A DNA stretch of 63,402 bases, the filler included, from Octopus bimaculoides (lineage: Eukaryota), in NCBI RefSeq assembly GCF_001194135.2. It is 8 parts of 7 records of this genome, joined end to end, with 100 filler letters (N's around TTAATTAATTAA, not from the genome) between each part and the next. Parts side by side here need not be neighbours in the genome. Positions count along the whole stretch, not along the records: positions 43,528 to 59,528 come from NC_068996.1; positions 59,629 to 61,162 come from NW_026318690.1; positions 61,263 to 62,291 come from NW_026399177.1; 5 more parts are not named here. One strand, written 5' to 3'. Both the position numbers and the translations under genes were made by a program. Position 1 is the first letter of the stretch. Each line of letters begins with the position of its first letter. Of this stretch, positions 51,236-62,391 are shown in pieces. Below the pieces are notes generated by a model. That model did no database searches. It was not told the origin of the DNA and saw nothing but the letters and a program-made list of their open reading frames with translations.

Positions 51236-51690
51236 GGGTACTGGAATATAACTTGCTAGAAATAGGAGTTAACACTCCAAAGCCACAAATTTCTCAGTAT
51301 ATAGTTTAAACTTGCTGAACACTTTATTATTATTGTTATTTTTGATAATGATAATAATACTTTATTAAATTTTCTATTGTACTGACTCACTTTATGTTCG
51401 TTTTTGAATGTCGCGGGGGCATTCAGATGAACAAACGCGCACAGTGTAATGAAATTAATATTTCAAAAAATAGATGAACAGAGTAAGCTTGCCTGACGAT
51501 CCTTAAGTACTAATGTACAACATGTGAAATCAATTGATACCAAGATATCTGTTCTTGCTTTGTAGTTTATACAAGGTAAGGCCTATTTTTATTATATCCG
51601 TAACATCCACCGTGCGTGTTTCTTAATAGTGAGAAATTTGTGAATTTGGAGTGTTAACTCCTATTTCTAGCAAGTGCTATTCCAGTAACC
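51236..51690. mobile_element. MITE with ~65-75-bp TIRs and probable TA TSD
   Basis: GGGTACTGGAATATAACTTGCTAGAAATAGGAGTTAACACTCCAAA..CACAAATTTCTCA is mirrored at 51630-51690; TA on both flanks. Confidence 0.85.
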
Positions 51691-51800
51691 TACTTTATTT
51701 GTATATTTTACCTGTACAGGTTAAACTTGCTGGCCACTTTATTATTATTGTTATTTTTAATAATGGTAATAATAATTTATTAAATTTTATATATACACAC

Positions 51801-51877
<77 letters not shown>

Positions 51878-52034
51878 GGAGAGGCTGTGTGGTAAGTAAC
51901 TTGCTTACCAACCACATGGTTACAGGTTCAGTCCCACTGCGTGGCACCTTGGGCAAGTGTCTTCTACTATGACCTTGGGCAGACCAAAGCCTTGTGAGTG
52001 GATTTGGTAGACAGAAACTGAAGGAGGTCTGTCA

Positions 52035-52040
<6 letters not shown>
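51878..52040 (+). mobile_element. SINE family B, 5' half
   Basis: GGCTGTGTGGTAAGTAACTTGCTTACCAACCACATGGTTACAGGTTCAGTCCCACTGCGTGGCACCTTGGGCAAGTG. Confidence 0.9.
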
Positions 52041-52091
<51 letters not shown>

Positions 52092-52294
52092 ATTAGAAAA
52101 TGGAGGATAATATGCTGAACCCAATTACTTGCAGACAGTGTCTCCCATTGAATTCATTAATTTAATTCATAGCTAAAGTGACAAAAAAACCCCACAAAGT
52201 ACAGGTGTTTATGACAAACCATGTTATTTTGCCAACCGAGTTTACAGATAGAAGTACAAAGTACATAAGGAATTAGAGAATGAACAGAAGTTTA

Positions 52295-52420
52295 ATCTTA
52301 CAGCTGTTTCGGCCTAGTTTTGGCATGCCCCATTCTATCCGAATAGTTCTTGCCGGAGTGATTATCGGATGAAATGTTGAAATGGGGTTACATGCACGAA
52401 CCGCTAGGCCTCTTCTTGCT
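52295..52420 (-). ncRNA. Decayed type I hammerhead ribozyme motif
   Basis: Minus strand CAAGAAGA (mutated CUGAAGA), GGCCTAG...CTAGGCC stem II, then GAAAC-AGCT-GTA, the same stem III and cleavage site as the 55.4-55.8 kb pair. Confidence 0.5.
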
Positions 52421-53504
52421 GCACTGACTCACAAGTTATGGTTTCTTACCTCTACCACCTCCACCACCAAACTTGGAGGTCTTGCAAAGCGGGGGGACAA
52501 TGGATATTATCCTCTTGCTTTGATTATGAACACAAGTATATAGAGTATTTGTTGTGTATATTTATGCAGACACACAAACACACACACAACACCACCACAC
52601 ACACACACACAACCCCCCCACACACACACACAAACACACACACACGCACACACGCACACACACACACGTGCGCATTCAGAAATACAGCTGTGAATATACA
52701 GGGACAATTTCTTCTTCCATTAACATTGGCTCTGTCCAAAAATTCCAATCAATCTTATCGCTAATTCTAAAGATTTTAAACAGACCTAGAGTGAGCATTT
52801 ATCAGATCATCAAAGATTTTCCTTAAATTACATGCCTGAACCCTATTGTATTTGATGTATCAAATACTTAACTATGATATTTTCTCTTGAGCAAAACTTC
52901 TTACTCAAATGTTAGCATTGTTGAGTATGTCAGTCTGAGTAAAGAAACAAGTAAATGCTAATGATTTTTGAGTGTGTCAGTATGAGGAGTATTGATTCTG
53001 CTATTCTGTTATCATACAGTTCCAACTATGAGTAAACAAACAAACCAAATGTTAATGCTGCTGAGTATGTCAAAATGAAGAGTATTGGGACCACCACACG
53101 ACACTAATTGTGATGAGGCAAACAATCTGTGTGTTTGTTTGTGTGTTTGTGCATATGCGTACGTGTGCAAGTGTTTGAGCAAGTGTTTAGAATATTAAGT
53201 GATAAAACTGTGAATGACTTGACATCCCTGGAACTTGTTAACAAAGCGTGGTGCAAATTACAAACAGAATGAAAAGACAAAAAAAAAAAGAAATAAAGAC
53301 TTATTGAAGAGAAAAATAAAATTGTAAATAAAAAGACGAATTCTTTTGAGGATAGTTTCAGTCATGATGTAGTATCTGAAAGAATCACATCAACAACTAA
53401 TCCAACTCTTATTCAGAATCAATAAGTGATATAATCTCTTCATTGAAATTGAAAACAAATTTCAGTCAGTCAACTGAAATATATTTTATATATGTACTTG
53501 TATG

Positions 53505-53536
<32 letters not shown>

Positions 53537-54182
53537 NNNNNNNNNNNNNNNNNNNNNNNNNNNNNNNNNNNNNNNNNNNNNNNNNNNNNNNNNNNNNNNN
53601 NNNNNNNNNNNNNNNNNNNNNNNNNNNNNNNNNNNNNNNNNNNNNNNNNNNNNNNNNNNNNNNNNNNNNNNNNNNNNNNNNNNNNNNNNNNNNNNNNNNN
53701 NNNNNNNNNNNNNNNNNNNNNNNNNNNNNNNNNNNNNNNNNNNNNNNNNNNNNNNNNNNNNNNNNNNNNNNNNNNNNNNNNNNNNNNNNNNNNNNNNNNN
53801 NNNNNNNNNNNNNNNNNNNNNNNNNNNNNNNNNNNNNNNNNNNNNNNNNNNNNNNNNNNNNNNNNNNNNNNNNNNNNNNNNNNNNNNNNNNNNNNNNNNN
53901 NNNNNNNNNNNNNNNNNNNNNNNNNNNNNNNNNNNNNNNNNNNNNNNNNNNNNNNNNNNNNNNNNNNNNNNNNNNNNNNNNNNNNNNNNNNNNNNNNNNN
54001 NNNNNNNNNNNNNNNNNNNNNNNNNNNNNNNNNNNNNNNNNNNNNNNNNNNNNNNNNNNNNNNNNNNNNNNNNNNNNNNNNNNNNNNNNNNNNNNNNNNN
54101 NNNNNNNNNNNNNNNNNNNNNNNNNNNNNNNNNNNNNNNNNNNNNNNNNNNNNNNNNNNNNNNNNNNNNNNNNNNNNNNNNN

Positions 54183-54321
54183 GCATCCAGCTGTAGAAAC
54201 TCTGCCAAATTAGACTGGAGCCTGGTGTTGCCATCCGGTTTCACCAGTCCTCAGTCAAATCGTCCAACCCATGCTAGCATGGAAAGGGGACGTTAAACGA
54301 TGATGATGATGATGATGATGA
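54183..54321 (+). mobile_element. Family C repeat, young copy
   Basis: Reverse complement differs from 59285-59405 at about 2 of ~118 positions; (GAT)n tail. Confidence 0.9.
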
Positions 54322-54560
54322 TCATCATCATCATCATCATCATCATCATCGTTTAACGTCCATTTTCCATGCTGGCCTGAGTTGGACGGTTTGACTGGGG
54401 ACTGACAAGCCAGGAGACCACACCAGGCTCCAATCTGATCTGGCAAAGTTTCTACAGCTGGATGCCCTTCCTAATGCCAACCACTCTGAGAGTGTAGTGG
54501 GTGCTTATCGCGTGCCACCAGCACGGGAACCAGTCAGGCAGCACTGGTATTGGTCACAAC
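54322..54560 (-). mobile_element. Family C repeat, tail-to-tail with the previous copy
   Basis: (CAT)n then CGTTTAACGTCCATTTTCCATGCTGG...TTTCTACAGCTGGATGCCCTTCCTAATGCCAACCAC. Confidence 0.9.
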
Positions 54561-54569
54561 TACAATTTC

Positions 54570-55245
54570 CATTTGATTGTGATTAGATTTGATTTGATTT
54601 TGATTTTACTTGACTCAATAGGTCTCTTCAAGCACGGCATGTCACCTGACAATTCAAAGGTAGCTTTTAAAAGGGCTGGTTATGCGACACTAGTATAGGC
54701 TATGGCTGAGATCTCACTTTACTTGCCGTGTCTTCTCAATCACAGCATATCTCCAGAGGTCTTGGTCTTTCATCATTGCCTAATGTTTGAGGGTCATGCT
54801 TCACCACCTAATCCCATGTCTTCCTGGGTCTCCCTCTACCACAAGTTCCTTCCACTGTTAGAGAGTGATACTTCTTCACACAGCTCTCCTCATCCATATG
54901 CAACACATGACCATACTAGTTTAGTCATATCTATTGCACAACACGTTTGATGCTTCATATGTCCAACATTTCTCTCAGGGTGCTTACACTCTATTGTGTG
55001 CACGCAGACATTACACATCCAGTGGATCATACTAGCTTCATTTCTTTCAAGCTTACACATGTCTTCAGCAGCCATGGCCCATGTTTCACTGCCGTGCAGC
55101 ATGGCAGTTTGCACACATGCATCATACAATCTACCTTTCACATTGGGTGAGAGGCTTTTTGTCACCAGTTGAGGTAAGAACTTTCTGAACTTTGCCCAGG
55201 CTATTCTTATTCTAGTGGTAATGCTTTCTGAGTTTCCACCCCACT
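54570..55245 (-). pseudogene. RTE LINE 3' end (ORF2 C-terminus, UTR, (AAATC)n tail)
   Basis: KSLSPNVKGRLYDACVQTAMLHGSETWAMAAEDMCKLERNEASMIHWMCNV, with a (GATTT)n tail at 54570-54610. Confidence 0.9.
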
Positions 55246-55454
55246 ATATATATTTAACTAGAGGTTAAAATAACCTCATTAAGGGATAATAATATCCAGT
55301 GAATTACTGGTTCATTGCCTAGCATTTTTTGTGAATAGTAATATTCATAAAATAATAGGTCTAAATATAAATCTTGGTTTATAGATATTCGAAAGAAAAA
55401 TTTAGAAAATGGAAATGTAGCATCAATATAATTTATTAACTGCAAAAATCCAAC

Positions 55455-55551
55455 ATATTCTCTTACAGCTGTTTCAACTAGCCTAAAGATTAAATTACAA
55501 TAATTAAATCATTGTATTAGGTAAAATCTCATCAGAGGGGTAGAAGAATAT
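55455..55551 (-). ncRNA. Minimal type I hammerhead ribozyme (left arm)
   Basis: Minus strand TTCT-ACCC-CT CTGATGA GATTTTACCTAA...TTAGGCTAGTT GAAAC AGCT GTA / AG-AGAA: complete core, stem II, palindromic stem III and GUA site. Confidence 0.7.
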
Positions 55552-55668
55552 ACCATTAGGTTATTAGGTGCTGTGTTTTCAAATCATCTCAGCAGTGTTT
55601 TCAAATAATCTTAGCCAACTGCTGAAATGATTTGAAAACAGAGCACCTAATAACCTAATGGTATATCT

Positions 55669-55761
55669 TTTTCTACACCTCTGATGAGATTTTGCCTAAT
55701 ATTATGATTTAATTATTGTAATTTAATCTTTAGGCTAAATTGAAACAGCTGTAAGAGAAAA
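55669..55761 (+). ncRNA. Minimal type I hammerhead ribozyme (right arm)
   Basis: CTGATGA at 55681-55687; stem II GATTTTGCCTAA/TTAGGCTAAATT; GAAAC at 55742-55746; stem III ACAG/CTGT; GUA cleavage after 55753; stem I of 2 bp, a 4-nt bulge and 6 bp. Confidence 0.72.
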
Positions 55762-55838
55762 TGTTTGATTTTTGTAGTTAATAAATTATATTAATGCTAC
55801 ATCTCCATTTTCTAAATTTTCTTATATATATGTGTATA

Positions 55839-56736
55839 TGTGGTCTGATCAATAAGTACCCAGACTGTTGCCATAGTAATGAAGCTAAAATATGCAAAGT
55901 GAAGCTACTTGTCACGGATTGACCTTGAACTCTGCTGTGCATGTGCTCTAAGTTTTAACACACTAGCTCACTTTTGTTGCTTACAGCAGTACTTGGAAGG
56001 AAGATGTGTATTATATGATTGTTGCATTGACCACGACAGAGTAAGATGAACAGAGAATTTGCATCTAATTTTGCCAAAAGCTAGGCAATATCTACTCAGA
56101 GGCCTACCTACAGAAAGTTTTCAGAATGTTTGCATCATACTCGACACAATTGAGGAGATCTTGTGCAACTGAAACCTGAGTGTCTTTTTGGTCAGCTGAA
56201 AGCAGTTTTGGCTCAAACTGGGCAGATATGCATCTCACACCCAAGTCTTCGGAGATAATGGACTGAACTGAACTGTAACTAATCTGCATATCTTCTGATA
56301 ACTCACGGATGGTGATTCAACAATTTCTCCTCACAACTGCACACATATCTGTGATGTCTTTCTCATTGCTACTGGTTATGGGTCTCCCAGAACGTTCATC
56401 AATATCAACATTTTTTGGTCATCTTGGAAACATCCAAACTACTCATATACTTGTGTGCAGCTCATACACTCCTCTCCGTACACTTTCTACAACCTTGCAT
56501 AGGCTTCTGAGCAGGTATTGCCATGACAACTTTCTCTGTCATGGTTACTGCGATGATCACATGCTACACACCTTCCTTCCAAGTACTGCTGTAAACAGTG
56601 GAAGTTAGTTAGAATGCTAAAACGTAGTGTGCATGCACAGCAGAGTTCAAGGTTAATCTGTGCCAAGTGGTTTCAGTCTGAATGCTTTAGCTCCGTTACT
56701 ATGGCAACAGTCCGGATACTTATTGATCAGACCTCG
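55839..56736. mobile_element. Non-autonomous mariner derivative made of two inverted 5' ends
   Basis: TA-flanked TIRs TGTGGTCTGATCAATAAGTACCCAGACT / AGTCCGGATACTTATTGATCAGACCTCG, with the inverted repeat extending ~170 bp. Plus strand EQRICI.FCQKLGN; minus strand GNTCSEAYARL...DERSGRP...ITIRELSEDMQISYSSVQSIISEDLGVRCISAQFEPKLLSADQK. Confidence 0.9.
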
Positions 56737-56747
56737 TATGTATGTGT

Positions 56748-56802
<55 letters not shown>

Positions 56803-57159
56803 CTTTATTGAAGAAGAAAATCATAATTAGGTTTGATGAAAAGCTACAGAAATTACAGAAAATATTTCATGAAGTATTTTGCAAGAAATAAGCTTGATTT
56901 ATTTGAACAAATGTTAAAAGCAAAACTGCCAACTATCTTGGGTTTAAGACAAGGTGGTAGCCATATTGTTTCAATGATTTAGGTTTCCTAACACTTAATG
57001 CTAGAACTAACTGGTTATACTATTGGTATACTGGTTAGTCTCACCATGAAAAAAAAAAAAAATACAAGAATGACAATACAATATTTATTATTAGATTCTG
57101 TTCCACTGTCAATGCAAACTGTATAACAATGAGTCAGCACAGCCTTGTTAGAATTACAT

Positions 57160-57670
57160 CATCATTGTTATCATCGTCATCCCTGCTACCATCACCACCA
57201 CCACCACCACTACCACCGCCACCACNNNNNNNNNNNNNNNNNNNNNNNNNNNNNNNNNNNNNNNNNNNNNNNNNNNNNNNNNNNNNNNNNNNNNNNNNNN
57301 NNNNNNNNNNNNNNNNNNNNNNNNNNNNNNNNNNNNNNNNNNNNNNNNNNNNNNNNNNNNNNNNNNNNNNNNNNNNNNNNNNNNNNNNNNTGCCACCACC
57401 ACCGCCACTGCCACCACCACCGCCACCATTGTCATCATGATTGTCATTATCATCATCATCATCATCACCATCATCGCCGTCGTCGTCGTCGTCGTCGTCA
57501 TCATTGTCGTCGTCATTGTCCTCATCATCGTTGTTGTTGTTGTTGTTGTCATCATCATTGTCACCATCCTCATCCTCATCATCTCCATTATCATCATCGT
57601 TGTTGTCATTGTCATTATTATCATCATCATAGTCATCATCAATGTCATCAGTGATAGCAGCAGCAGCAGC
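57160..57670. repeat. (CAC/CAT/CGT/TGT)n compound trinucleotide array
   Basis: Directly visible. Confidence 0.95.
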
Positions 57671-57803
57671 ATTTCACTTCTGATTGCTAAGCTGACATTG
57701 GTCAGATGGGTTAACATGGTCTGTGACTATTCTTAGTTTCAGTTACTGCCCTCCCAGGTGAGTTGGTGGACATGGCCAGTAAGGATATTCAGATTCTTAT
57801 TTA

Positions 57804-57995
57804 GGTGCAGTTGTGGCTGTGTAGTAAGAAGCTTGCTTCCCAAACACATGGTTCTAGGTTCAGTCCCACTGTTTGGCACCTTGGGCAAGTATCTTCTACT
57901 ATAGCCTTGGGTCAACCAAAGCCTTGTAAGTAGATTTGGTTGACAGAAACTGAAAGAAGCCTGTCATATATATATATGTGTGTGTGTGCGTGTGT

Positions 57996-58040
<45 letters not shown>

Positions 58041-58226
58041 TGTTTGTTCCCCTGCTATTGTTTGACGACTGATGCTGACGTGTTTAAGTCCCTGTAATTT
58101 AGCGATTCAGCAAAATCTACCAATAAAATAAGTATTAAGCTTACAAAGAATAAGTTCTGGGAGTCGATTTCTAAGACTAAAGCACTTTAAGGTGGTGCTC
58201 CAGCATGGCCGCAGTCAAGTAAAAGA
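57804..58226 (+). mobile_element. SINE family B, full length
   Basis: GTGGCTGTGTAGTAAGAAGCTTGCTTCCC...GTTCAGTCCCACTG...GGTGGTGCTCCAGCATGGCCGCAGTCAAGTAAAAG. Confidence 0.9.
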
Positions 58227-58379
58227 ATTTTTTTTTTTTGCTATTGCCTTGATGAATTCCAGCTGTGGCTAACCTGTCAGTGTACCTAAGACAACAATAT
58301 ATCCAATAAGTTGTTTATTTTTAAAGACAGTAGGGCCAAATTTGGGAGAGATTTAGTTGTTATTTCTAGAAGACACAGG

Positions 58380-58545
58380 AACGGTGTACAAGTTTTACAG
58401 GAGCAAGTGTATCAGAATCTGCATCAGAATGAGTCAGACCAGATGAATCAGGAGTGATATAAATGTTGCACAGGTCTGCTTGAGCAAGTATCTCAGAGCC
58501 TGTAATCCTATAATACCACTTGATGCCAAGGACTTTTCTATAAGA
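58380..58545 (-). pseudogene. Old RTE-like ORF2 C-terminal fragment
   Basis: KVLGIKWYYRITGSEILAQADL resembles the RRILGIKW.DRITN.EVL..A.L motif. Confidence 0.45.
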
Positions 58546-59009
58546 CAGGTTCTACAAAACAATTTATTAGCTTTCTTTTTTTTTAAGGCTGATGAAATAT
58601 ATGATATTGATGTATAGTCTGCCATCACACACACACACACACACACACATACTGTATAAAGAAATGCCTATTAAATTGTTTCTATTAATTACTGCAGCAG
58701 TAAACTCTCTTTCTGTTTTTTGATGACAAAATGGAAAGAATTTTTCCCTGGAGGTTGTAGTTCTGTAGAATAAAGATTGAGCCATGTGTGATAACATTAA
58801 AAAAATTTTTTTTTTACATTAAGGCAGAAACAGAAGGGACTGTGTTTATGTTTCTTTTCTTTTTTTCACAACTTGCGAAGTAAACAGTGATGTCACTAGA
58901 CACATGAAGGTCACTGCTAGCTCTCACTGCACACACAACTGTGTGCTGCCATCTGTTGGCATGCAACAGAACTAGTCTAGGAACATTTTGATACCATGTT
59001 GCACTTAAA

Positions 59010-59135
59010 CTACACAGCTATGTGGTCTTAGGTTTAGGCCCACTGCATAACATCTTGAACAAGCATCTTCTACTGTAGCCCTGAGCTAACCAAAGCCTTG
59101 TAAGAGGATTTCAAAGACAGTAACTAAAACAATGT
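59010..59135 (+). mobile_element. SINE family B, decayed partial copy
   Basis: GGTTTAGGCCCACTGC...CTTCTACTGTAGCCCTGAGCTAACCAAAGCCTTGTAAGAGGATTT. Confidence 0.6.
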
Positions 59136-59243
59136 CACCGTATATACATACTCAGGAGCCCAGGCAGTAGAAAATGGTTTTCATCGGTTAATGATATAAA
59201 TATGAGTGTTTTTACACACAATGAGTCCATATGAGAAGTCCTC

Positions 59244-59244
<1 letters not shown>

Positions 59245-59290
<46 letters not shown>

Positions 59291-59528
59291 GTTTAACGTC
59301 CGCTTTCCATGCTAGCATGGGTTGGACGATTTGACTGAGGACTGGTGAAACCGGATGGCAACACCAGGCTCCAATCTAATTTGGCAGAGTTTCTACAGCT
59401 GGATGCCCTTCCTAACGCCAACCACTCAGAGAGTGTAGTGGGTGCTTTTACGTGTCACCCGCATGAAAACGGCCACGCTCGAAATGGTGTCTTTTATGTG
59501 CCACCCGCACAAGCCAGTCCAGGGGCAC
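59245..59528 (-). mobile_element. Family C repeat, young copy with (CAT)n tail
   Basis: CATCGTTTAACGTCCGCTTTCCATGCTAGCATGGGTTGGACG...GGATGCCCTTCCTAACGCCAACCAC. Confidence 0.9.
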
Positions 59529-59685
59529 NNNNNNNNNNNNNNNNNNNNNNNNNNNNNNNNNNNNNNNNNNNNTTAATTAATTAANNNNNNNNNNNNNNNN
59601 NNNNNNNNNNNNNNNNNNNNNNNNNNNNGAGATGAAAGTTTAATCTATGACGTTGTATGTATCACTTTCTCTCTCTCCACACACA

Positions 59686-59763
59686 CTCAACATAAAAATA
59701 TAGAGAGTAAGAGTTAAAGAGGGAGACCTCTTTAACTCTTACTCTCTATATTTTTATGTTGAG
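59686..59763. repeat. Perfect 37-bp inverted repeat with a 4-nt GAGA loop
   Basis: 59686-59722 is the exact reverse complement of 59727-59763. Confidence 0.95.
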
Positions 59764-60010
59764 CGTGTGTGTAAGAATGGCGTTCCAGGTAGCAGGGATG
59801 AAATATAAAAGTTGCTAGAAACAACAGTCAAATCTCCCTTAAATCACACAAAGTAAACGGAATTTTAAAAATCTAATTACTACACTGGAAAGTTCACATC
59901 GAGAAAATTCCATTGATGTAAAAAATTTTTACGAAAAAGTGGAAAATGTGGATTTCTATAAACATTCAAAAAGGCTTCACACAAACACACAACTTCAGAT
60001 TTATATATTA

Positions 60011-60054
<44 letters not shown>

Positions 60055-60063
60055 CATATATAT

Positions 60064-60635
60064 TTGAGAGTATTCTACACGATTCCTAGAAATATTAAAC
60101 ACCAACAGGTACCCCATATCCATTATAAATCGGCTTAAGTAACCAAAAGGAACAACACACAGAAAACCCAGCAACATATGCTTCCTTAAAATACCCCATT
60201 TTAGCAAGAGGATAACTACACCCATCCTAAGAACCATAAGAAGGGAAGGACTAGATATACAAGTAGCCCACTCAAGCCCCTCTCTGAGAAGATACCTCGT
60301 AAGGAAATGGGCAAGGGATAGCAATCAATGCACACTAGCAAATTATCCCATCCATGTCACAGACTAATGCCAAAGGGAAAATATCGTGTATAGAATACAA
60401 TGTAACAAATGCAACAAGTTCTATGTGGGTAGCACAACAAGATCATTACACATTCGCATAAAAGAACATCTTAACACGAGAGCATCTTCAGAAAACATCT
60501 AGACAGATGCCAGAACCCGGCAAAAGCATAAGTCACAATTGAGGCCAATGAAAGAAATTTGGGTAATTCAAGAATTAAGGAAGCTATACTCATACACAGA
60601 CTAGGGCCCCAAATTAACGACATGCTGAAACTTGG
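60064..60635 (+). pseudogene. Penelope-like element, RT thumb/linker and GIY-YIG endonuclease
   Basis: FLEILNTNRYP...FLKIPHFS...NIVYRIQCNKCNKFYVGSTTRSLHIRIKEHL...SRIKEAILIHRLGPQIN, with stops and a frameshift. Confidence 0.92.
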
Positions 60636-61499
60636 CAGTCAATATATTATCTAGCTACATCTGGATGTGTGTAGGTTTTTTTTTTTTTTGATGACATGCT
60701 CATGTAATATTTACAGAAAAAAAGAGAAGAGAAAAACAAAAAAGGAAGGGAGAAGGAGAAAAAATAGGAAACTGCACGTATAATACATAACTTAGAAGCA
60801 GCACTACGAATGTGCCAGCACACACAAGCCTGAGACATGGCTGCTCTCATGCACTTCTCACGAGGAATTCTGAAAGGAGCTTCGTGAAACCAGTGCAGAG
60901 ACATTTTTAGGGAAAGAAAAGAAGGAGGGGGGAAGGAAGAAGGAAGAAAGGGAAAAAAAAGAAAAAAGCTGTTGGAAAATCGATTGTAGTAGTAACTTGA
61001 TCAATTCCAGGGCATATGTGAAGGAATTTTTATATTCTGAAATATTATATCAGAATATGAATGATTAAATTACATCAGTTATTATAGTCCACTGTTGTTG
61101 TTATAGTGCATTGTAGTGCCATTCAAAACACATTATTACAATTTATTATATATATATATATANNNNNNNNNNNNNNNNNNNNNNNNNNNNNNNNNNNNNN
61201 NNNNNNTTAATTAATTAANNNNNNNNNNNNNNNNNNNNNNNNNNNNNNNNNNNNNNNNNNNNAAGAAGAAGAATAAAATGAATATTCGAAACAACAAGAA
61301 CAACAAGAGAATTAGATACCCACAGCCCACTGTCAGTGCTACCCCTGCTATCATGCTGCACGTGAGCATGCATCTGCACTGATGCGTGTATACCCAACAA
61401 AATTTAGGTACAGTCATAGGGGTTAATATGGTGCAGTCGCAGCTCAGTTGCAGCAACTGTTGATGGCTTAAAATCATTGATGACAGAGATTCATAAGTG

Positions 61500-62150
61500 A
61501 ACTACAAACACACATGAATGCATACACCGTACATGAACGCATACTTATACACATAGATGCATGCATACAAACATGCATGCATCCACACATATGCATACAA
61601 ACATGCATATATAAATGCACACAAATTTGCATGCATATTTGACATACATATGTACATCCATGAATACGTAAATATGTGCATACATAAATATATACACACA
61701 CACATATATATATATATATATACATACAAACATATACACTTCCATAGAAACATACATGGATGCATGCGTACATACAAGCATGCATTTATACATACATGTG
61801 AGCATACAGTTGTACATATGTCCATATATACATACATGCATATATACATACATTTATGCATACATACAAACATGCATACATGTATGTATATATACATGCA
61901 TACGTACATGCATGCATTTACATACATAAATGCATGCCTACCTGCATTCATAATACATATGTGCATATATATAGATATGTATATATACATACATGCATAT
62001 GCACATGTATACATACATATCTATATATAACAATCCATGTATATATACATGCATGCATACATACATACATACAAAAATACATATACGTAGATATGTGTAT
62101 GTTTACATATGTGTGTATTTAAGAATATGTATGTATGTTTGTGTGTATGT
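61500..62150. repeat. (ATAC/ATGC)n degenerate microsatellite
   Basis: Directly visible. Confidence 0.9.
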
Positions 62151-62391
62151 ATATAGACCAACAGACAGACAAATGAAATGATAGATAAGTAGAGAGAGAG
62201 GGCTGGAAGGAGAGAGAGGGCTGGAAGGAGAGAGAGGGGAGAGGCAGACAGGCAGACAGACAGACAGGCAGGCAGGCAGGCAGGCAGGCAGNNNNNNNNN
62301 NNNNNNNNNNNNNNNNNNNNNNNNNNNNNNNNNNNTTAATTAATTAANNNNNNNNNNNNNNNNNNNNNNNNNNNNNNNNNNNNNNNNNNNN

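Larger units (their letters stand above)
55393..55823. repeat. ~430-bp palindrome (arms 55393-55596 and 55618-55823, 21-nt spacer)
   Basis: Arms align by eye with about 14 differences over ~205 nt. Confidence 0.95.

Noticed and set aside
57129-57736. His/Pro/Ser-rich ORFs resembling structural proteins
   Set aside because: Pure trinucleotide low complexity open in several frames, with no splice or codon evidence.
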